DNA of 14,602 nt from Nitrospira japonica (GTDB lineage Bacteria > Nitrospirota > Thermodesulfovibrionia > Thermodesulfovibrionales > SM23-35): NCBI GenBank assembly GCA_020725385.1, contig DYFC01000025.1, positions 1-14,602 of the forward strand, written 5' to 3'. Of this stretch, positions 1 to 6,337 are shown piece after piece. The notes beneath the pieces are model-generated. The model made no database searches. It was not told the origin of the DNA and worked only from the letters and a program-made list of their open reading frames with translations. The position numbers and the translations under genes are program-made. How positions within the stretch are numbered: the stretch's first letter is position 1; each line of letters begins with the position of its first letter.

Positions 1-56
1 AATTTTAATGAGGCAACAGAGAAACTTTTCGTTTAGATTTTTATGTGAGGCAACAG
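1..56 (+). repeat. Two direct copies of TGAGGCAACAG (9-19 and 46-56) within a motif that recurs inverted at the far end of the window
   Basis: Exact 11-bp direct repeat 37 bp apart. Positions 26-53 (TTTTC-gt-TTAGATTTTT-atg-TGAGGCAA) match the reverse complement of 14575-14601. Confidence 0.6.
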
Positions 57-148
57 GGTTTAGGCAAAAAAAATTAGGCTTTAAAAATATTAGTGTAATT
101 AAGTAAAATATCACCTGCTGTTAGCAATAATTCAACAAGGAGGCAAAA

Positions 149-1507
149 GTGAAAAGAAGAATTGATTTAAACGAAAAAGATATACCAAAACAATGGTATA
201 ACATTCAGGCGGATATGCCAAATCCTGTTCCGCCACCTCTAAATCCTGCAACAGGTCAACCAATAACTCCTGATATGCTTGCTCCTGTATTTCCTATGAA
301 TCTTATCGAGCAGGAAGTCAGTACAGAAAGATGGATTAATATTCCAGATGAAGTTCTCGAAAAATATCTAATATGGAGACCTACGCCGCTTTATAGAGCT
401 ACATTTCTCGAGAAATATCTCGGGACTCCTGCGAAAATTTACTTTAAAAACGAAGGGGTTAGTCCGGCAGGAAGTCATAAACCAAATACTGCGATAGCCC
501 AGGCATATTATAATAAAGTTTTTGGAATCAAAAGAATTGCGACAGAAACCGGTGCAGGACAGTGGGGAAGCGCCTTATCTTTTGCCTGTAACCAGTTTGG
601 CCTTGAATTGAAAGTTTATATGGTAAGAATAAGTTTCAATCAGAAACCATATAGAAAACTAATGATGGAAACATGGGGTGCAAAATGTGTTCCGAGTCCG
701 AGCCCTGATACAAATGCCGGCAGAAAATTTCTTGCTCAGAATCCCGATCACCCAGGAAGTCTCGGAATAGCAATAAGCGAAGCAATTGAAGATGCAGTAA
801 CAACAAAAGATTCCAGATATTCACTGGGTAGTGTTTTGAACCATGTTCTTTTGCACCAGACAATTATAGGGCTTGAAGCTCAAAAACAGCTTGAAGCAAT
901 AGGTGAATATCCAGATATAGTAATTGGTTGCGCTGGAGGTGGAAGTAATTTTGCAGGGGTAGCTTTACCATTTATAAGAGATAAAATTCATGGAAAAAAT
1001 ATTCATGTAATCGCTGCTGAACCTTCTTCATGTCCTTCTATGACAAAAGGCATTTACAATTATGATTTTGGTGATACTGCTGAAACCACACCTTTACTTG
1101 CTATGCATACTCTTGGACATAATTTTGTCCCTGCACCAATTCATGCAGGAGGGCTTCGTTATCATGGCATGGCACCAATAGTAAGCCGTCTTGTTATGGA
1201 TAAATTAATAGAACCAAGAGCTTACTCACAGCTTGAAACTTTTGCAGCAGGTGTTACTTTTGCACGTACCGAAGGTTTTATTCCTGCTCCTGAAACAAAT
1301 CATGCTATTGCATGTACTATTGAAGAAGCAAAAAAAGCAAAAGAAGAAGGAAAAGAAAAAGTTATACTTATGAACTGGAGCGGACATGGCATTATAGACC
1401 TTGCTGCTTATGATGCTTATCTTTCCGGTAAACTTGATGATTACGTTCTTCCTGACAATGAAATTCAGGGACTTCTTAAAGAACTTGAAAAATATCCGAA
1501 ACCTTAA
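149..1507 (+). CDS. trpB2: Tryptophan synthase beta chain 2 (TrpB2, TrpB-like PLP enzyme)
   Basis: GTG start with AGGAGG SD. PLP lysine in [48 protein letters not shown]. The N-terminal extension (IPKQWYNI) is typical of TrpB2. No trpA in the window. Confidence 0.95.
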   Translation: MKRRIDLNEKDIPKQWYNIQADMPNPVPPPLNPATGQPITPDMLAPVFPMNLIEQEVSTERWINIPDEVLEKYLIWRPTPLYRATFLEKYLGTPAKIYFKNEGVSPAGSHKPNTAIAQAYYNKVFGIKRIATETGAGQWGSALSFACNQFGLELKVYMVRISFNQKPYRKLMMETWGAKCVPSPSPDTNAGRKFLAQNPDHPGSLGIAISEAIEDAVTTKDSRYSLGSVLNHVLLHQTIIGLEAQKQLEAIGEYPDIVIGCAGGGSNFAGVALPFIRDKIHGKNIHVIAAEPSSCPSMTKGIYNYDFGDTAETTPLLAMHTLGHNFVPAPIHAGGLRYHGMAPIVSRLVMDKLIEPRAYSQLETFAAGVTFARTEGFIPAPETNHAIACTIEEAKKAKEEGKEKVILMNWSGHGIIDLAAYDAYLSGKLDDYVLPDNEIQGLLKELEKYPKP

Positions 1508-1543
1508 AATTTTAGAACATATTATTAATTCTTTCATTTTAAA

Positions 1544-1571
1544 CCACTCCCTTCAGGAAAGAGGGGAGTGG
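1544..1571 (+). terminator. Strong hairpin after trpB2, probable terminator
   Basis: CCACTCCCTTC-aggaaa-GAGGGGAGTGG: 11-bp stem with one G-U pair. The following U-tract is imperfect (AAACATTTTT). Confidence 0.55.
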
Positions 1572-1621
1572 AAACATTTTTATGCATTATTAATAAAATC
1601 TTTTTGAAAAGGATATTTTCT

Positions 1622-1861
1622 TTGGAAATTTATTGTTCGCAATTAGGAATGCTTGTAGAATTTTCATATTGTATTTCTATGAATGAAAATCTTCCCTGCC
1701 GCAACATTCCAGGATGCTGGAAAGATAGAATGGACATAATAAAATTTTTGAAGGATAATTATTCTGTTGAAGATTTAAAAAAAGTTTTTGAAGGTCCTCC
1801 CAAAACCAGATTGCAGAGAATAGTTGAAACAATAGAAAAAGAAAATAAAACAGAGGAATGA
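1622..1861 (+). CDS. Small hypothetical protein with 4 Cys (C-x11-C-x8-C-x5-C), possibly metal-binding
   Basis: ORF track gives 1568-1861, but GTG 1568 lies inside the hairpin. In-frame TTG at 1622 follows an AAGGA SD. The stop overlaps the ldt start (ATGA). Start is uncertain. Confidence 0.65.
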   Translation: MEIYCSQLGMLVEFSYCISMNENLPCRNIPGCWKDRMDIIKFLKDNYSVEDLKKVFEGPPKTRLQRIVETIEKENKTEE

Positions 1862-2727
1862 TTTTTAATTTTTTATTATTGCTTATCTTTTTAATTATTC
1901 CAGCTTCCTATTTAAACGCTTCTGAGATTTATTCTTATTCAAACGAATCGAATGTTATAGGAGAACTTCAAACATATCAAATAAAAAATAATGAATCATT
2001 GATTGAAATAGCCCGCAAATTTGGGATTGGATATAATGAAATTACTGATGCAAATCCAAAACTCGACCCTTTTATCCCCGGTAATGAAAAAACTATTACA
2101 ATCCCAACCCAATGGGTTTTGCCCGATGTTCCTTCTTATGAAGGTATAGTGATTAATCTATCCGAGATGAGACTTTTTTATTTTACAAAAGATAAAGTAA
2201 TGACTTATGCGATTGGCATAGGAGATGAAGGAAAAGATACACCGGAAGGCAAATTTAAAATAGTCGAAAAACTCGTTAATCCAAAATGGATAGTGCCTCT
2301 ATCGATAAGGAAAGAAAGACCTGAATTGCCTGCTGTAGTACCTCCGGGACCAAATAATCCATTGGGCACTCATGCAATGAGGCTTTCAAGGCCTTCAATT
2401 TTGATTCATGGAACAGATAAACCTTATGCCGTGGGTAGAAAAGCAAGTCATGGGTGTATAAGGCTTTATCCTGAGGATATCCCGGAACTTTTTAAAGTAG
2501 TTCCAAATTACACAAAAGTCACAATCATTCGTCAGCCAATAAAAGTCGGTATATCTAACAAAAAAACATATATCGAAGTCCACAAAGAAAATGGGCACAA
2601 GCTTAATTATTTCAATCAAGCAGTAACTTTATTAAAGAAAAAGAAATTGTATCACAATATAGATAAAAATAAATTAATTCCTGCCTTGCATGAAAAAAAA
2701 GGTATACCTGTTATAATTTCAAAATAA
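1858..2727 (+). CDS. L,D-transpeptidase, ErfK/YbiS/YcfS/YnhG family (signal peptide, LysM-like region, YkuD domain, C-terminal domain)
   Basis: Hydrophobic N-terminus, ESLIEIARKFGIGYNEITDANP, IVINLSEMRL, TPEG, VPPGPNNPLG, and catalytic IHGT...ASHGCIRL. Confidence 0.93.
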   Translation: MIFNFLLLLIFLIIPASYLNASEIYSYSNESNVIGELQTYQIKNNESLIEIARKFGIGYNEITDANPKLDPFIPGNEKTITIPTQWVLPDVPSYEGIVINLSEMRLFYFTKDKVMTYAIGIGDEGKDTPEGKFKIVEKLVNPKWIVPLSIRKERPELPAVVPPGPNNPLGTHAMRLSRPSILIHGTDKPYAVGRKASHGCIRLYPEDIPELFKVVPNYTKVTIIRQPIKVGISNKKTYIEVHKENGHKLNYFNQAVTLLKKKKLYHNIDKNKLIPALHEKKGIPVIISK

Positions 2728-2764
2728 AAAGAGGGGATAAAGTTCTAACACCTTAACCCCCTCT
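2721..2764 (-). terminator. Intrinsic terminator of the lipoprotein gene, between the convergent ldt and lipoprotein genes
   Basis: AGAGGGG (2730-2736) pairs with CCCCTCT (2758-2764), with further imperfect pairing inside. Followed on the minus strand by TTTTATTTT. Confidence 0.65.
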
Positions 2765-2780
2765 GGTTTAAGTAAAAGTA

Positions 2781-3161
2781 TTATTTTTTCTGCTGTAATT
2801 CAAAAGCCTTAGAGCATTTTCTTGCAGCGTCTTCAGCTCTTCTTGCAGCATCTTCAGCTTTCATTGCAGCAGATTCTGCTTTTTTCAAAGCTGAAATATC
2901 TTTATCACAGCATTCTTTGGCTAATTTCATCGCATCTTGTGCTAATGATTTTGCGTTAGCTGCTTCTTTCTTTGCAGCATCAATATCAGAAGTCTTACCT
3001 TCAAGTGTACTAACTTTAGATTCAAGAGCAGATACTCTTGCTTCAAGCCTGCTGATCCTGTCAATTAAAGGATCGATCTGTTGTTTTACATATTCTTTTG
3101 TAGCGCAGCCGGTAAATAACAAAATTGATAAAGAAAGGACAATTAAAATTATTTTCTTCAT
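2781..3161 (-). CDS. Lpp/OprI-like alanine-zipper coiled-coil lipoprotein
   Basis: Signal peptide II with lipobox FTG-C19. Heptad repeats (ISRLEARVSALESKVSTLE), then an Ala zipper (KAEDAARRAEDAARK), C-terminal KK. Very strong SD AAAGGAGGT (3175-3167). Confidence 0.85.
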   Translation of the reverse strand: MKKIILIVLSLSILLFTGCATKEYVKQQIDPLIDRISRLEARVSALESKVSTLEGKTSDIDAAKKEAANAKSLAQDAMKLAKECCDKDISALKKAESAAMKAEDAARRAEDAARKCSKAFELQQKK

Positions 3162-3263
3162 CCTACACCTCCTTTCTGTTTAAAACATAATACTTACTAA
3201 TTCAAAGACCAGTTCCCAACAATTTTCAAAATTAAAATTGTTTTTATAAAAATCTAATTACAA

Positions 3264-3292
3264 ATATTAAAGTAAATTATTATAAATGTCAA
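3264..3292 (-). promoter_or_regulatory. sigma70-type promoter for the lipoprotein gene
   Basis: Minus strand TTGACA (3292-3287), 17-bp spacer, TAATAT (3269-3264). Confidence 0.6.
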
Positions 3293-3460
3293 TAAAATAA
3301 TTGATTTAATGGAACTATTTTTATTCCCCTCCATTGATAGGAAGGATGGAGTGTGATTGACAATTTTCATGCTTCCTTGTAAGCCAGGGGCTCATTTTGA
3401 TTTCGGGTAAAGCGGGGAATCTTAAAGCTTTCCAAATTCACCATAAATTGCTGACAAAAT

Positions 3461-3476
3461 TGTTTTTTACTTGACA
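3461..3476. promoter_or_regulatory. NifA-type binding site TGT-N10-ACA
   Basis: TGT-TTTTTACTTG-ACA. The ACA half is the end of the -35 hexamer TTGACA. Confidence 0.5.
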
Positions 3477-3499
3477 ATATTGTATGGGTCTTTTAAACT
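3471..3499 (+). promoter_or_regulatory. sigma70-type promoter of the glutamate synthase-nifA operon
   Basis: TTGACA (3471-3476), 17-bp spacer, TAAACT (3494-3499). GAGG SD at 3537-3540 before ATG 3548. Confidence 0.7.
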
Positions 3500-3508
3500 A
3501 TAAACTAA

Positions 3509-3535
3509 CGGCAACCGATTGCCGATTTTATTTTG
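3509..3535 (+). promoter_or_regulatory. 5'-leader hairpin/palindrome CGGCAA-CCGA-TTGCCG followed by a U-rich tract
   Basis: Perfect 6-bp inverted repeat just after the predicted start site, then ATTTTATTTT. Confidence 0.45.
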
Positions 3536-3547
3536 TGAGGTAACATA

Positions 3548-4657
3548 ATGTGCAGATTGTCTGCTATAACATCAAACAAATATTTTTCACCTATGGAAAA
3601 TATACTCGCTCTTGAAACAATGAAAGAAGGGCATGATGGTTCTGGATTAGGTCTCACGTTGAAAGATCTCGGGGGTCATTTCGAAAAACTAAAATCATAC
3701 CCGATTCTTTCTGGAATTTGTTCAAAAAATGGTGCAAAAGTTCTCGATGATTATATGGAAACAGCAGGTTTTAAATTGAAAGACATTTGGGCACCAAAGA
3801 TCAGGAATGTAAAAGGTATTACAAAAAGAGATCATTATTTTGCCCGTATTTATGATTACCCTGCTTCCTTTAAACATAAATCTTTTTGTGAAAAAGAAGA
3901 TTTATTAATGAATGTAAGAATTGCCTTAAGAAAATTAGGCGAATCTGATGGTTCTATATTTGTTTTTTCATTTTACCCCGATACCTTAACATTAAAGGAA
4001 GTCGGGGATCCTCTTCAAGTAGCTGAGTTTTTTAGTCTTGATTGCGACAACTTAAAAGCTAAAATTATTTTTGCACAAGGCAGGCAGAATACCAATTATG
4101 CAATTTATCTTTACGCATGTCATCCTTTTTTTATTCAAGGTTACTGCACAATGACAAATGGAGAAAATACTGCATTTGTACCCATTAGAGAGTTTCTTAC
4201 AGGGAGAGGATTTCCAGGATATATTGGTTATAACAGCGATAGCGAGGTGTTTACTCATATTTTGCATTATACTGTAAGGCAGCTTCGGTTTCCTTTAACA
4301 TATTACAAAGATGTAATTACTCCATTGAAAGAATCTGAAATCGAAAAAAGACAGGATAGCAAAGCACTCAAATTAATTAAACAATCCCTCAGGCCGTTAT
4401 GCATTGATGGACCCAATGTAGTTATAGGTTTTATTCCAGATGGTACATGCTTTATGGTGCATGATGCAAAAAAATTGCGTCCGGGTGTTGTTGGTGGAGT
4501 TAAGGGTAAGTATGCACTTATGTCAGAGGAATGCGGACTTGACAGTGCTATACCGAAAAGAGATAAATCAAAAGATATATTCCCTATGAAATACGATATG
4601 GTCATCGTAAAACCACAAGCAGAGGAGGTAGAAATATGGAACCAGCTTCAAAATTAG
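3548..4657 (+). CDS. gltB1: Glutamate synthase, class II (Ntn) glutamine amidotransferase subunit of a split GOGAT
   Basis: N-terminal nucleophile M-C-R-L, GHDGSG, QGRQNTN, HPF, TNGEN, SDSEV, DGP, D-x-K-K-L-R-P, SEECG. Overlaps the next gene. Confidence 0.88.
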   Translation: MCRLSAITSNKYFSPMENILALETMKEGHDGSGLGLTLKDLGGHFEKLKSYPILSGICSKNGAKVLDDYMETAGFKLKDIWAPKIRNVKGITKRDHYFARIYDYPASFKHKSFCEKEDLLMNVRIALRKLGESDGSIFVFSFYPDTLTLKEVGDPLQVAEFFSLDCDNLKAKIIFAQGRQNTNYAIYLYACHPFFIQGYCTMTNGENTAFVPIREFLTGRGFPGYIGYNSDSEVFTHILHYTVRQLRFPLTYYKDVITPLKESEIEKRQDSKALKLIKQSLRPLCIDGPNVVIGFIPDGTCFMVHDAKKLRPGVVGGVKGKYALMSEECGLDSAIPKRDKSKDIFPMKYDMVIVKPQAEEVEIWNQLQN

Positions 4658-6297
4658 ACCATAATCATCATCTGTCTATCAAAGAATTACCATATATAAT
4701 TCGCTGGAAAGATCATCGATGCAAAAGGTGTGGACAATGCACCGCTGTCTGCCCTGTTAAAGCTATTGAACCTGCGGTAAAGTTAAGAAGAGTTGTTTTC
4801 TCTGAAGGACTATTACCCGAACCTTCTGTAAATAGAAAGATCTATCATGTTATAGAACAGGTTACCGATATAGATAGAGCCTGCACCGGTTGCGGTGCTT
4901 GTGCTCTTGTATGTCCAAATGATGCGATTGAACCTGAGTACAACCCATCAAATAAATTTCTGCACTTTAAGAATAAAGGTGGGGAAGGATATAAAAGAGG
5001 TGGGAGAAGAAATGATCCCTTCATTTCAACACTTGATCGTCTTAAATTTACGAGGATTTCAATGCTTACTGACCCTGCTCTTGATGCAGGTCGTCATGAA
5101 TTCAGGGTTAGAACATTGCTCGGAAGAATATTACCATCTGACGAGCTCCCACTAATAGAAAAAGACGGCAAATTAACTATAGATGAAGAAAACGAACGAT
5201 TCGTTCCGCCTGTACGTGAAATTTTTCCTATAATGATCGGGAGTATGTCAGTTGGTGCTCTTTCTCCACCAATGTGGGAAGGGCTCGCAATGGGTGTAGC
5301 ATATTTGAACGAAGTAGAGGGATTGCCTGTTGTTATGTGTACAGGCGAAGGTGGGGTCCCTCCAAGATTATTAAAATCAAGGTTTCTAAAATACATAATT
5401 ATTCAGATTGCTTCCGGATATTTTGGCTGGGATGAAATTGTACATGCGATACCACATATGGTTGAAGACCCTGCTGCAATAGAAATTAAATACGGTCAGG
5501 GAGCAAAACCGGGCGACGGAGGACTTTTAATGGCTCAAAAGGTCTTGAAATTGATTGCAAGTATTAGGGGTGTTCCACAATTTGTTGATCTTGCTTCACC
5601 ACCAACACACCAAACTAAATATTCTATTGAAGAAGCAGTAGCAAAGATGATTCAGTCAATGTCAATGGCATGGGGCTTTAGAGTTCCTGTATATCCTAAA
5701 ATATCAGGCACAAAAACCGCACGTTCTGTCTTGAATAATCTTGCAAGAAATCCTTATGCTGCTGCACTCTCAATAGACGGAGAGGATGGAGGAACAGGAG
5801 CTGCCTATAATGTATCAATAGACAAAATGGGACATCCTATTGCAAGTAATATAAGGGAATGTTATCTTGATCTCGTCAAACAGGGAAAACAGAATGAACT
5901 ACCTTTAATTGCTGCAGGTGGTGTGGGTAAAAAGGGTAACCTTGCTGCTAATGCTGCAGCCTTAATAATGCTTGGTGCGTCTGCTGTTTCAATAGGCAAA
6001 TACATTATGCAGGCTACAGCAAATTGTTTTGGTGATGAATATAATCGTTGCAATATTTGCAACACCGGTAAATGTCCAAGAGGCATTACAACTCAAGACC
6101 CTAAATTATATAGAAGACTTGATTCTGACAAAGTTGCTGAAAGACTCGTTGAGGTATTTAAAGCTGCAAATGTTGAACTCAAGAAAATATTTGCTCCAAT
6201 GGGGAGAAGTACCGAACTTCCTATTGGCATGTCTGATGGCTTAAGCGTAGATGACAAAGCAATCGCAGACAGATTGGAAATAAGCTATGCGTGTTAA
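4636..6297 (+). CDS. gltB2: Glutamate synthase FMN-binding subunit with N-terminal 2x[4Fe-4S] ferredoxin domain
   Basis: CKRCGQCTAVCP and CTGCGACALVCP, GSMSVGALS, TGEGG, QIASGYFG, IEIKYGQGAKPGDGGLL, DGEDGGTGAA, and C-terminal C-x8-C-x2-C-x4-CP(RGITTQDP). GAGGAGG SD. Confidence 0.92.
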   Translation: MEPASKLDHNHHLSIKELPYIIRWKDHRCKRCGQCTAVCPVKAIEPAVKLRRVVFSEGLLPEPSVNRKIYHVIEQVTDIDRACTGCGACALVCPNDAIEPEYNPSNKFLHFKNKGGEGYKRGGRRNDPFISTLDRLKFTRISMLTDPALDAGRHEFRVRTLLGRILPSDELPLIEKDGKLTIDEENERFVPPVREIFPIMIGSMSVGALSPPMWEGLAMGVAYLNEVEGLPVVMCTGEGGVPPRLLKSRFLKYIIIQIASGYFGWDEIVHAIPHMVEDPAAIEIKYGQGAKPGDGGLLMAQKVLKLIASIRGVPQFVDLASPPTHQTKYSIEEAVAKMIQSMSMAWGFRVPVYPKISGTKTARSVLNNLARNPYAAALSIDGEDGGTGAAYNVSIDKMGHPIASNIRECYLDLVKQGKQNELPLIAAGGVGKKGNLAANAAALIMLGASAVSIGKYIMQATANCFGDEYNRCNICNTGKCPRGITTQDPKLYRRLDSDKVAERLVEVFKAANVELKKIFAPMGRSTELPIGMSDGLSVDDKAIADRLEISYAC

Positions 6298-6337
6298 AAA
6301 AACAGAAAACAACAAAAAGAAAAAAGAAGTTAGAAAT

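Noticed and set aside
1-36. 3' end of an upstream CDS (NFNEATEKLFV*)
   Set aside because: Too short to support, and it overlaps the repeat motif.
26-51. dif/pdif-like Xer site (TTTTCGTTTAG...TTATGTGAGGC)
   Set aside because: Spacer is 4 rather than 6 bp, and the XerD arm is a poor match.
9-56. CRISPR array remnant
   Set aside because: Only two 11-bp copies with 37-bp period, too short for repeat plus spacer, and no cas genes.
3508-3523. sigma54 -24/-12 promoter (CGGCAACCGATTGC) upstream of GOGAT
   Set aside because: GG to GC spacing is 9 nt; sigma54 needs 10.
6287-6337. Lys-rich N-terminal extension of the third GOGAT subunit
   Set aside because: A-rich, low-complexity, intergenic-like sequence; a downstream ATG is more plausible.
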